Below are positions 27,682 to 37,386 of a stretch of 64,000 bases of DNA, piece after piece. Each line of letters opens with the position of its first letter. Position 1 is the first letter of the stretch. Source of the DNA: an uncultured Crocinitomix sp. GTDB lineage: Bacteria > Bacteroidota > Bacteroidia > Flavobacteriales_D > Crocinitomicaceae. The notes under the pieces were generated by a model that searched no databases, was not told where the DNA came from, and worked only from the letters and a program-made list of their open reading frames with translations. The stretch covers positions 120 through 64,119 of the forward strand of contig CAKZON010000083.1 of the NCBI GenBank assembly GCA_937136425.1, in the 5' to 3' direction. A program made the translations under genes and the position numbers.

Positions 27682-29811
27682 TTACTTAAGTACAGTAACA
27701 TGACCGTGAAACTCTAGTTTTTTATCTGTAGCAATTTCGGCCGTTGTAATGTGCCATATATAAACACCATCTTCAACTAAGTCATCACCATATGTTCCAT
27801 TCCAACCAGTAGCTAAGTTATACGATTCAAACATTTTTTCTCCCCATCTATTGTAGATCGTTAAATGGTAATCGTAAATATCGATTCCAGTAAAGTATGG
27901 CGTAAATACCTCATTAAAAGTATCACCATCTGGAGTAATTACATTAGGAACAAAAATCAATTGGTCTTGATTAACTGTAATGTTCTTTACAATTGTATCT
28001 CTACAACCATTATCTGTAATTGCAATTAACTGAATAGGATAAATTCCCTCTTGCTCAGGGAAAATGAAAGTAGGGTTTTGATCTGTTGACGCTCCAAAAC
28101 CGCCAAAATCCCATTCCCAACCGTCTGCACTTACAGAATAGTCAGAAAAATTAACTTCAGTATCAATAGTTGTTGGATTAACAGGATTAAAAATGAAATT
28201 AGCTGAAGGCACTTCATATACTTCAATAAGATCATAGGCTACAAAGGTTGTAAAGCATCCTCCTACATTTGTAACAGTTAAACTAACATCATGTAAACCA
28301 GCTGTTGTAAACTCATGTGTTACATCTGGACCACAAGAAGTTGATGAAGATCCATCTCCAAACGTCCACTCGCAGCTTGCTCCAGTTTCACCCGTATTTG
28401 TAAAAATTACTTCAACTGGCGCGCAACCATCATTTATATCGGCAATAAAAGAAACAACTGGTAAAGGACTATCTGTAATACTAATTTCCTGAACAACATT
28501 ACAGCCATTAGCATCTGTTACCGTTACAGTGTAATCTCCAATTGCTAGATCATTAAAAACACTTATTCCTCCAGGACCTGCCCCAATATCATAACTAAGT
28601 GGAGGTGTTCCTCCTGTTGCTGTAATATTAATAGCTCCGTCATTCGCACCTGCGCAACTTACATCTGTTGTTACAATTGTCATTAATAATTCATCTGGCT
28701 CTTCAATCGTTACTGTACCCTCTTCGTCACATCCTTCAGAATCTGAAACTTGAACGGTATAAGTTCCTGCACATAATCCAACTGCAGTTGCTGTAGTCTG
28801 GCTACCTGCTGCCGCATCCCACAAATAAGTGAATGGTGGAACTCCTGCAGGCTCAGCTGTTGCGCTTGCATTACAATCTCCAAAGCAAGCTAATTCTGTA
28901 TGTGTCATAACTGGAGGCTCACAACAAACCACATCTACAAAGACATCATCTGTTGCCACTTCTACTCCACAAGAAATTAATCTAACTGTATACGTTGTAG
29001 GTTCAAGAGGACATAATGTAATATCTGGTCCAACCCCTATTAAATCTGCACCGTCATACCATTCCACATCTGGATCTCCAATTGGTGAATATCCGATCCC
29101 ATCATTCGTAGCATCCCAGGCTGTATTGTTTCTTCCAGGAGAAGGCACTGCTTCTGTTCCATCAATATTATGTAATCCTTGCGTAGCTTGTCCATCATCC
29201 CAATCCACACAAATATTTTTTGTTTCTAAGAAATTAGCAATGTCATTTGTTGTTTCATAAAGAATGATTTGATAAGTCTCTAATTGATCTCCACATAAGA
29301 AATGAGGTACATTAATATAACTTACAACAAATCTTCTTGATGGAGCAATACCTAAAGTTTGATAACGAATTTCGCCACCGTCTCCTGGGTCAATATCATA
29401 CCATGGTCCCATTATACAATTTTTGGGAACGTCAGGATCTGTTGATGGAATAGTTGACGAAGTAAAGGTTGTTGGCTCTCCAGGAGAAAAGGATACCCAA
29501 CCATTAGATCCAATGTAAAGTTGCGAATAGGTATTTCCGTAAAAACAAAAATCAAAGCCTATATCAATAGCATCTGTTACATCATCATCAAACAAGTCTA
29601 CGGGCGTACCATCATAAGGATCAGGTGCGTAAGGAATAACCATTACGTCATAATCACTAGTATTTCCACCACCACCTTCAAATACAGCCGTAATATCAAC
29701 ACAATCAGGAGGGCAAATAGACTGATCAGGTCCAGCATCAATAGAAGGACCTTGAGCACTAGCACTGATTCCAGCTACCAACACTACAAGAATTAGAAAC
29801 AACTTTTTCAT
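27682..29811 (-). CDS. adhesin-like protein: NIDO-like N-domain, SprB repeats, 2 PKD-like domains, type-B T9SS C-terminal domain
   Basis: Signal peptide. N-domain with GFDFCFYGNTYSQLYIGSNGWVSF, then SprB repeats and PKD-like blocks (FGDGSSS). C-terminus VPNVITPDGDTFNEVF...YNRWGEKMF...GVYIWHI...GHVTVLK. Confidence 0.85.
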   Translation of the reverse strand: MKKLFLILVVLVAGISASAQGPSIDAGPDQSICPPDCVDITAVFEGGGGNTSDYDVMVIPYAPDPYDGTPVDLFDDDVTDAIDIGFDFCFYGNTYSQLYIGSNGWVSFSPGEPTTFTSSTIPSTDPDVPKNCIMGPWYDIDPGDGGEIRYQTLGIAPSRRFVVSYINVPHFLCGDQLETYQIILYETTNDIANFLETKNICVDWDDGQATQGLHNIDGTEAVPSPGRNNTAWDATNDGIGYSPIGDPDVEWYDGADLIGVGPDITLCPLEPTTYTVRLISCGVEVATDDVFVDVVCCEPPVMTHTELACFGDCNASATAEPAGVPPFTYLWDAAAGSQTTATAVGLCAGTYTVQVSDSEGCDEEGTVTIEEPDELLMTIVTTDVSCAGANDGAINITATGGTPPLSYDIGAGPGGISVFNDLAIGDYTVTVTDANGCNVVQEISITDSPLPVVSFIADINDGCAPVEVIFTNTGETGASCEWTFGDGSSSTSCGPDVTHEFTTAGLHDVSLTVTNVGGCFTTFVAYDLIEVYEVPSANFIFNPVNPTTIDTEVNFSDYSVSADGWEWDFGGFGASTDQNPTFIFPEQEGIYPIQLIAITDNGCRDTIVKNITVNQDQLIFVPNVITPDGDTFNEVFTPYFTGIDIYDYHLTIYNRWGEKMFESYNLATGWNGTYGDDLVEDGVYIWHITTAEIATDKKLEFHGHVTVLK

Positions 29812-29925
29812 TTCGTCTAAAATTAAACAAAAACCGCAACAAGCAATTCAAATATAACGGAATCCCTCTTCTGAAAATGAATCAAAATAGGATTCCAAAA
29901 TTAACTATTTAGCACTACAGTCTTT

Positions 29926-32415
29926 TTATTTTACAACTGTTACGTGCCCAAAAAACTCTAACTTATCATCCGTAGCAATGTCTGCTGTAGTAATGTGCCA
30001 AATATACACACCATCTTCTACAATTTCACCACCATAAGTCCCATTCCAACCTCCAGCAACATTATAGGATTCAAACAAAGTTTCTCCCCATCTATTATAG
30101 ATGGTTAAATGGTAATCATAAATATCTATTCCTGTAAAATAAGGTTTAAACACTTCATTAAAAGTATCTCCATCTGGAGTGATTGTGTTAGGAACAAATA
30201 TGAGTTGTTCTTGATGAATATTTAATGTTTTTGTAATTGTATCCCTACATCCGTCATCTGAAATTGCAATAAGCGTTACATCATAAGCTCCTTCTTGATC
30301 TGGAAAAGTAAAACTTGGATTTTGATCTGTTGAATTTCCATAGTTATCAAATGTCCAAATCCACCCCTCGGCGTTAGATGAATAATCTGTAAAATCTACC
30401 TCAGTATCTAAAGTGGTTGTTGTAACTGGATCAAACACAAAGTTGGCTACTGGAACCTCATAAATATCAATATAATCGTAATATGTTACTGAATTCGTAC
30501 AACCATTTACATCTGTTACAGACAAGGTTACGTCATATGTTCCTGCGTTAGAATAAACATGATTTACTGATCCACACGATAAACTAAAAGCTCCATCTCC
30601 AAACTCCCATTCGCAACTTGTTCCGACATCCCCTGTATTAGTAAATATGACTTCAATTGGAGCACAACCACTATTTTCATTAGCCGTGAAACTAACTACA
30701 GGTAAAGGGTTAACAACAACATCAAAAGTTGCTAAACCTCCGCAACCATCAACAATAGTATTTGTAATTGTATGCGTACCCACTCCTGCAACCGCAGGGT
30801 CAAAAACACCTCCTACTACACCAGGACCGGTGAATGTTCCAACATCAACCGCATCTAACGTAATAGCTGTAGCATCAATGCACATAGGTCCAAACGGAGT
30901 TATTGTTGCATCTACTGGCGAAGTTCCTGCATCAACATTTAATATACTTGTATATTGACAACCGTTAGCATCCTCAATACAAATATTATATGCACCAGCA
31001 CATAAATCTGTATATGCTCCAAGTCCATCAAAAGTTACGCATCCATCAATACTATAAGTATATGGTCCTACTCCACTAGATGCTACTAAATCAATCGTTC
31101 CTAAACAATCCCCCAAACAAATTTCACCTGTTGAACTTTCAACTACCGTTATTGCATCAGGTTCCGTAATCGTTATTAAAATAGAATTCTCACAAGCATT
31201 TTCATCTTGTACAGTAATTGTATAATCTCCAGCAGCTAAATCTGTAAAGGTTGTTCCGGCGCCAAATGCACCACCATCTATTGAATAGGTATATGTCCCC
31301 GTTCCGCCAGCACCTATTACTTCAATTTCACCTGTATTATCACCATTACACAATACATCTACTGTGCTCACTTCTGTTATTAACAGGGCGTCTGGTTCCA
31401 AAATTTCCACAGGAACATCAACCGTACAACCATTTTCATCTGTAACAGTAACTGTATATAATCCGCCAGCTAAATCTGTAAAATCACCCGAAGCTACTGG
31501 ACCATCACCAATATCATAAGTCAAAACTCCTGTTCCACCAGCAGCTTCAACAAGAACGGTTCCGTCATCAGCACCAAAACAAGTTACATCAGTATAATCA
31601 GTAATTCCAGCAATAATCTCATCTGGTTCATCAATCGTTACCTCCAAAACCACAACATCTCCCACACCATTAGTTACTTCAACTTCATAAGTTCCCGCGC
31701 ATAGATCAGTAGCCTCTGCTGTTGTAACTGCTCCTGCCCCAGCATCCCATAAATAAGTATATGGAGGTATAACACCATCAATTACTGTAGCAGAACCATC
31801 ACAAGCTCCAAAACAAGTGGCATCTGTAACTTCAGTATCCAATTCATCATCTGGTACTATAAATTCAAAATGATCTAAATGATTCCAAAAAGGACCGCCG
31901 GGTGCATTTTTAACCGTAATATGCGTAGCATTGTTAGGAGCAACAAAAGTAAAAGTATGATTTCCCCAATCCATTACTGTTGGAGAAACTGTTTGAATTA
32001 AATCGCCAAAATCTGTTGCAGATGTAGAAGCGCCAATTACAACGTCTCCAGGGCCTACAAAGGTAGTTTCGCTTAATGCCCAAAAAGACAATGTATAAGT
32101 TTCTCCTAGTACTAATGGCACATCAATAACCATTGATATTTCATCTTCAGGAACATGTGCTATTGAAATACTTCTTAATCCATCAGGAAGATCGGTTACA
32201 TAGCAACCATCCATTATGATATCAGTTTCATTTCCTCCACCATAAGCCTCAACATCAGTCATGTATCCGTTAAAAACAGCATTGGCTAAATTATAATTGC
32301 AACCAACTGGAGCAGTGGTTACCTCGAAACTTCCATTAACAATAACTTGACTATAAGCATGGGAGCTAAAATACATCACACATAGTATGTATAGGAGGCG
32401 TTTAAAGTTAGGCAT
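29926..32415 (-). CDS. adhesin-like protein: jelly-roll-like N-domain, SprB repeats, PKD-like domains, type-B T9SS C-terminal domain
   Basis: Signal peptide (HAYSQ), at least five SprB-type repeats, and a C-terminal about 265 aa closely similar to the two neighbouring paralogs. Confidence 0.85.
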   Translation of the reverse strand: MPNFKRLLYILCVMYFSSHAYSQVIVNGSFEVTTAPVGCNYNLANAVFNGYMTDVEAYGGGNETDIIMDGCYVTDLPDGLRSISIAHVPEDEISMVIDVPLVLGETYTLSFWALSETTFVGPGDVVIGASTSATDFGDLIQTVSPTVMDWGNHTFTFVAPNNATHITVKNAPGGPFWNHLDHFEFIVPDDELDTEVTDATCFGACDGSATVIDGVIPPYTYLWDAGAGAVTTAEATDLCAGTYEVEVTNGVGDVVVLEVTIDEPDEIIAGITDYTDVTCFGADDGTVLVEAAGGTGVLTYDIGDGPVASGDFTDLAGGLYTVTVTDENGCTVDVPVEILEPDALLITEVSTVDVLCNGDNTGEIEVIGAGGTGTYTYSIDGGAFGAGTTFTDLAAGDYTITVQDENACENSILITITEPDAITVVESSTGEICLGDCLGTIDLVASSGVGPYTYSIDGCVTFDGLGAYTDLCAGAYNICIEDANGCQYTSILNVDAGTSPVDATITPFGPMCIDATAITLDAVDVGTFTGPGVVGGVFDPAVAGVGTHTITNTIVDGCGGLATFDVVVNPLPVVSFTANENSGCAPIEVIFTNTGDVGTSCEWEFGDGAFSLSCGSVNHVYSNAGTYDVTLSVTDVNGCTNSVTYYDYIDIYEVPVANFVFDPVTTTTLDTEVDFTDYSSNAEGWIWTFDNYGNSTDQNPSFTFPDQEGAYDVTLIAISDDGCRDTITKTLNIHQEQLIFVPNTITPDGDTFNEVFKPYFTGIDIYDYHLTIYNRWGETLFESYNVAGGWNGTYGGEIVEDGVYIWHITTADIATDDKLEFFGHVTVVK

Positions 32416-32531
32416 AACGTAGGTTTTGTATTCTTGCAGAGCTCATTAACAAAACGAACTCTCTAATACTAACGCACCTAACTTACCCTCAGTTGCTTTA
32501 ATAAGAAGAAAATATTGAATCGATTTATAGC

Positions 32532-32567
32532 AAAAAAAAATAGCCCGATTAAAACCGGGCTATTTTT
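32532..32567. terminator. bidirectional rho-independent terminator
   Basis: A9 - TAGCCCG/CGGGCTA stem - T5. It serves the minus-strand gene ending at 32588. Confidence 0.65.
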
Positions 32568-32587
32568 ACTATTAATTTTTGATTGTT

Positions 32588-35500
32588 TTATTTTAACACG
32601 GTAACATGACCATGATATTCTAATTTCTTGTCAGATGTAACTTCCTGCGTATTAATGTGCCATACATAAACACCGCTAGGAACTAATTCTCCTCCATATG
32701 TTCCATTCCAACCTACTGTTACATCATGGGAAACAAACATTATTTCTCCCCAACGGTTAAATACTGTCAATGTATAATCATAAATATCTATTCCGTTAAA
32801 ATATGGTGTAAATACTTCATTATACAAATCGCCATCAGGAGTAATTGTGTTTGGAACGTAAATTAATAACTGTTCTGAGATAACTATTGTTTGAGAAGTA
32901 CTGTCAACACAACCATAACTATTTTCAACAACAAGATCAACAATATAATTCCCTGGAATTTCTGGGAAGAAGAAAGAAGGATCTTGGTCGTTTGAGTTAC
33001 CTAACTCATCAAATGTCCAAGTCCAAGCATCTGCTCCTGTGGACATATCAGTAAAGTTAATTTCAGTATTAATGGTAGTAGCTGGTTGTGGTCCAAATCT
33101 GAACACAGCATTCGGTTGTGGGTAAACATCTATATAATCATAGAAAGTTGAAGTACTTGAACACCCATTCACATCTGTAATAGTATAACTTACATCATAT
33201 TCACCAGCGTTGTCATATGTATGGGTCACTGATCCACAGAAAGTAGAACTTGTTCCATCACCAAAGTCCCAATAACACTCAGCCCCATCATCTCCAGTAT
33301 TCGTAAATGGCACTACAAGGTCTTCACAACCAGAATTAACGGCTGTCATGAAAGAAACAACTGGCAATGGATTCACTACAACGTCTAAAGTTGCGACATC
33401 TCCACACCCTAACGAAATTGTATTTGTAATTGTATGAGTTCCGACACCAGCCAGAGCAGGGTCAAACATTCCAGCTGTAACACCAGTTCCTGTATACTCT
33501 CCTCCTGGAGAAGCAGCAGTTAAAACAACCGCAGCATCATTTACACAAAATGGACCAATTGGTGTAATTGTAGCATCTGCAGGCACAACACCATCAATCA
33601 CGGTAACTGTATTGGTATATTGACAACCATTTGCATCAGTAACGCAAATATCATAATCACCTGCACAAAGACCAGCGTATGAACCTACTCCATCAGTTGT
33701 TGCGCAATCATCTATACTAAATGTGTAAGGCGCTACTCCATCAGAAGCATCTAAATCAATAGAACCTAAACAATCACCTAAACAAGTTTCACCAACAACA
33801 ATTTCGTCAACCGCAACTGGAATTGGATGACCAACAACTACATCCAGTGTTGTTTCACATCCATTTGCATCCCTTACAGTAATAGTATATGTCCCCTCAG
33901 TTAACCCACTAAAAGTTGGAGCTCCACCAAACGCACCACCGTCAATTGAATATTCTAAGGCTCCTGTTCCGCCTCCACCAATTACTTCTAACGATCCATC
34001 AGATCCTTCAAAGCAAGTAGCATCAATTGTACCTACTAAATCTAATGTTAATGCTGGTGGTTCTGTAATGTCAATAGTAAGCATACTTAGACACCCATTA
34101 TAATCTCTTATCTCAACATCATATGAACCAGCAGTTAAACCGGTAAAAGTAGCGTCAGCGCCAAATGCACCTCCATCAATTGAATATTCATATGGTACAA
34201 CTCCACCAATGCCTTCAACTGTTAGTTCGCCATCATCACCTCCATTACAAGAAACCTCTACAGTACTTACCAATGTCAATTCTAATAATTCTGGTGATAC
34301 AATATCTAATGGAATATCAAGCGTACACCCATTTTCATCCATAATAGTTACAATATATGAACCTGGTGCTAAATCTGTAAACTCTCCTGTAGGCATTGGT
34401 CCATCACCAATATCATACGTCAACACTCCCGTACCACCTTCACCGACAATAGTTCCTGAACCGTCTGTTAAACCAAAGCATGACACTAAGTTAACTACAG
34501 TTACCATTCCGGTTATTTCTTCAGGCTCTAATACTTCAACCTCTCCCGTTTCTACACATCCTAATGCATCTGTCACTGTTACTTCATATACTCCCGCACA
34601 CAAACCAACTGCTGTTGCCGTAGTTTGCGAAAGTGGATCATCCCATGAATAAGTAAATGGAGCAACACCAATTGCATCCGCAGTTGCAGTACCATCACAA
34701 CCACCAAAACAAGACACATCTGTATGAGACATTGTAGGAGGTTCACAACATATTTGATCTATAAAAATTTCATCTTCTGCAACAATACCGCTACAAGAAA
34801 TTAATTTCGCAGTATAAGTCGTAGCTGTAACCGGACAAACGGTTATTTCAGCTCCTTCTCCTATAAATAAAGGCCCAACGTACCATTCAATTATTGGATC
34901 ACCTAAAGGTGTATAACGAATTGCATGATTGGACGCCGTCCAAACCGTGTTATTTCTTCCAGGGAAAACCACAGCATCTGTACCAGTAGCGTTATGCACA
35001 CCTTGCACCGCACGGCCACCTGCCCAACCCGGACAAGTTAATTTTGTCTGAATGTGATTTTCAATAACATTTGTTGTTTCGAAAAGAATAATTTGTTGTG
35101 TATTATATGTTCCTGTACAAGAGAAAAACGAAACCGCCTCCCAAGAAACAACTAATCTTCTAAAAGGCGCAACTCCCAAAACTTCATACTGTATTGTCCC
35201 TGCAATACTTGGATTCAAATCTTGCCAAGGTCCCATTACACAATTCTTAGGTACTGAAGCAACAACCGAAGGAATCGCTGCAGGAGACCAAGTTCCTGGC
35301 CCGCCAGAAAATCCTAACCAACCGTTAGAACTGATATAAAAGTTACTATATGTTTCTCCGTAAAAACAAAAATCAAAGCCAATTCCAATTGCACCTGTTG
35401 TAGCGTCATCAGATAAAACTCTAACCGTACCTCCATAAGGTTCGGCTGCATAAGGTATAGCAGCAACAGTATAATCGGTAGTATTTCCTCCTCCTGTGTA

Positions 35501-35629
35501 TATTGCTTCGAGATCTACACATCCTGGTGAACAAGTAACGGTATCAGGTCCTGCGTCAATTGTAGCGTCTTGAGAGAAACCTACAAAAGCGGTGAGAAAA
35601 AGGGTAGTTATTAGTAAACGCGTTTTCAT
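32588..35629 (-). CDS. adhesin-like protein: NIDO-like N-domain, about 7 SprB repeats, PKD-like domains, type-B T9SS C-terminal domain
   Basis: Start at MKTRLLITTLFLTAFVGFSQ. N-domain with GFDFCFYGETYSNFYISSNGWLGF, paralogous to 27682..29811. C-terminus VPNTITPDGDLYNEVF...NRWGEIMF...GHVTVLK. Confidence 0.85.
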   Translation of the reverse strand: MKTRLLITTLFLTAFVGFSQDATIDAGPDTVTCSPGCVDLEAIYTGGGNTTDYTVAAIPYAAEPYGGTVRVLSDDATTGAIGIGFDFCFYGETYSNFYISSNGWLGFSGGPGTWSPAAIPSVVASVPKNCVMGPWQDLNPSIAGTIQYEVLGVAPFRRLVVSWEAVSFFSCTGTYNTQQIILFETTNVIENHIQTKLTCPGWAGGRAVQGVHNATGTDAVVFPGRNNTVWTASNHAIRYTPLGDPIIEWYVGPLFIGEGAEITVCPVTATTYTAKLISCSGIVAEDEIFIDQICCEPPTMSHTDVSCFGGCDGTATADAIGVAPFTYSWDDPLSQTTATAVGLCAGVYEVTVTDALGCVETGEVEVLEPEEITGMVTVVNLVSCFGLTDGSGTIVGEGGTGVLTYDIGDGPMPTGEFTDLAPGSYIVTIMDENGCTLDIPLDIVSPELLELTLVSTVEVSCNGGDDGELTVEGIGGVVPYEYSIDGGAFGADATFTGLTAGSYDVEIRDYNGCLSMLTIDITEPPALTLDLVGTIDATCFEGSDGSLEVIGGGGTGALEYSIDGGAFGGAPTFSGLTEGTYTITVRDANGCETTLDVVVGHPIPVAVDEIVVGETCLGDCLGSIDLDASDGVAPYTFSIDDCATTDGVGSYAGLCAGDYDICVTDANGCQYTNTVTVIDGVVPADATITPIGPFCVNDAAVVLTAASPGGEYTGTGVTAGMFDPALAGVGTHTITNTISLGCGDVATLDVVVNPLPVVSFMTAVNSGCEDLVVPFTNTGDDGAECYWDFGDGTSSTFCGSVTHTYDNAGEYDVSYTITDVNGCSSTSTFYDYIDVYPQPNAVFRFGPQPATTINTEINFTDMSTGADAWTWTFDELGNSNDQDPSFFFPEIPGNYIVDLVVENSYGCVDSTSQTIVISEQLLIYVPNTITPDGDLYNEVFTPYFNGIDIYDYTLTVFNRWGEIMFVSHDVTVGWNGTYGGELVPSGVYVWHINTQEVTSDKKLEYHGHVTVLK

Positions 35630-35727
35630 ATTAGTCAGATGATTGGTACTAAGGTAACGCAAATTTAACACAAGGGATGCCTCATTGTTAAAAAAAAACA
35701 ATAACTAAATTGGATAACTATCCAATA

Positions 35728-36645
35728 TTACCCAATTGAATAATTGGTGTTTAAAACGTTTGATGTGTATAAATCAGGATTTCCATTTTTATCAAAATAG
35801 AAGTCAATCCGACCAAGAATAAGGCCCGCCCAACCGACTTGATTTATTAGCACGGCTTTTCCATTTTTATTTTCATGCATTTCCGCTTGCTTTAAAAAAG
35901 TGTGGGAATGCCCTCCAATAATTAAATCAATATTTGTTGTTTCTTTTGCTAAAACAGGATCGCACATTTTATTCAGTTTGGATTTATATCCTAAATGTGA
36001 AAGACATATTACCAAATTGCATTTATGCTCCTGTTTTAGTTCATCTGCAATTTTCTGAGCCTTTTCAATTGGATCTAAATATTGAGTTGCTCGATAAAGC
36101 TCAGGACTAACCAATCCCTCCAACTCTACTCCAATTCCAAATACTCCTACTTTTATTCCTCCTTTTTTAAAAATTTTGTAGGGTTTTGTTTTTCCATTTA
36201 AAATGGTATCCTCAAAATTATAGTTGGCACATAAAAAAGGAAAATTGGCATTCGGTAACATTTTATCAAACCCTTCTATTCCAGCATCAAAATCATGATT
36301 CCCCATTGTTGCGGCATCATACCCCATTTCAGACATGAGTTTAAATTCTAATTCGCCACCGTGAATATTAAAGTATGGGGTCCCTTGAAATATATCTCCC
36401 GCATCTAACAGCAATACCTCTTGCTCATCCTCTCTAATTAAGTCAATCAATTTTTTACGTCTACCTGCACCACCTTGTCCAGGATACTTACTGTGATTTT
36501 GAGGAAAAGGATCAATATGAGAATGGGTATCATTAGTATGCAAAATGGTCACTTTCTTTCTATTATCAACCCAACTAGCAGAACTAAGTGCGAATGCCGC
36601 GACTCCTCCAGTTGTAATACTTCTAAGAAAACCTCTTCTTTCCAT
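35728..36645 (-). CDS. Tat-exported metallophosphoesterase (N-terminal half of UshA-type 5'-nucleotidase)
   Basis: Twin-arginine signal MERRGFLRSITTGGVAAFALSSA. Metallophosphatase motifs HTNDTHSH, DAGDIFQG, GNHDFD, GGHSH. Confidence 0.85.
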   Translation of the reverse strand: MERRGFLRSITTGGVAAFALSSASWVDNRKKVTILHTNDTHSHIDPFPQNHSKYPGQGGAGRRKKLIDLIREDEQEVLLLDAGDIFQGTPYFNIHGGELEFKLMSEMGYDAATMGNHDFDAGIEGFDKMLPNANFPFLCANYNFEDTILNGKTKPYKIFKKGGIKVGVFGIGVELEGLVSPELYRATQYLDPIEKAQKIADELKQEHKCNLVICLSHLGYKSKLNKMCDPVLAKETTNIDLIIGGHSHTFLKQAEMHENKNGKAVLINQVGWAGLILGRIDFYFDKNGNPDLYTSNVLNTNYSIG

Positions 36646-37382
36646 TACTTACTAATTTTCATCCTACGGTCAATCCCAACATTCTTAATTACGCCCTTTT
36701 CTTTAATGTATTCAATAAAAACATCTCGCATTAAAATGCCCGAGTCCCATTTTTCAGTAGCATCTTTTAGAAAGTTCATTTTATCTCCTCCTGAAGCCAA
36801 ATAATTGGACGTTATAACATAAAGCTCTGTTTTCTCTTTTGGTAAATTTTCAAGTGTGAAATTTTTATAATCAGCACCTAAATCAAAAGTTGCATTACTT
36901 ACAGGTTGTCCATTCATTAAATAGAGATAATCCAGCAAAGCATCAACACCATCTAAATCAAGCTTAACAATGGTTATTGTATTATCAAACGGCATAAATT
37001 CAAACACGTTTCCAATTGTTATATCTCCTTGATTAATTGGTGCACGCAAACCTCCAAAATTTAGCAAGGCAATTGAATTGTTTACTTTAAAATCATTAAA
37101 ACCTGGTGGGGCTAATGTTATTCCTTTTTCAAAAATAGCATCAGCAGCAAAATTCCCTAATGGAGATTCTGGCGCATACTTTATTAATGTTGAATCACAA
37201 ACACCTATAACTGCACTCATTTGAGCATCCACCTCACTTCTATATGGGGCAATAATACTTTCTAAGTCATTTGAGTTATAGGTAGAATCTAAACCTACAT
37301 TTTCTGCTGTGTATGATTCATAGGTTGAATGTGAACATCCAACTAATATAAACACAAGAGCTATTGCACAAAACTGTTTCAC
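36645..37382 (-). CDS. 5'-nucleotidase C-terminal (substrate-binding) domain lipoprotein
   Basis: Lipobox LVGCSHS. 5_nucleotid_C-like blocks (ESPLGNFAADA, GGLRAPI, NYLASGGD). The stop overlaps the next gene start as TAATG. Confidence 0.8.
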   Translation of the reverse strand: MKQFCAIALVFILVGCSHSTYESYTAENVGLDSTYNSNDLESIIAPYRSEVDAQMSAVIGVCDSTLIKYAPESPLGNFAADAIFEKGITLAPPGFNDFKVNNSIALLNFGGLRAPINQGDITIGNVFEFMPFDNTITIVKLDLDGVDALLDYLYLMNGQPVSNATFDLGADYKNFTLENLPKEKTELYVITSNYLASGGDKMNFLKDATEKWDSGILMRDVFIEYIKEKGVIKNVGIDRRMKISK

Positions 37383-37386
37383 TTAT

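Noticed and set aside
24959-35701. Regularly spaced repeats that could be mistaken for a CRISPR-like or satellite array.
   Set aside because: The periodicity is that of in-frame protein repeats (SprB/PKD units) inside long ORFs with signal peptides and T9SS domains. There are no short identical direct repeats separated by unique spacers.
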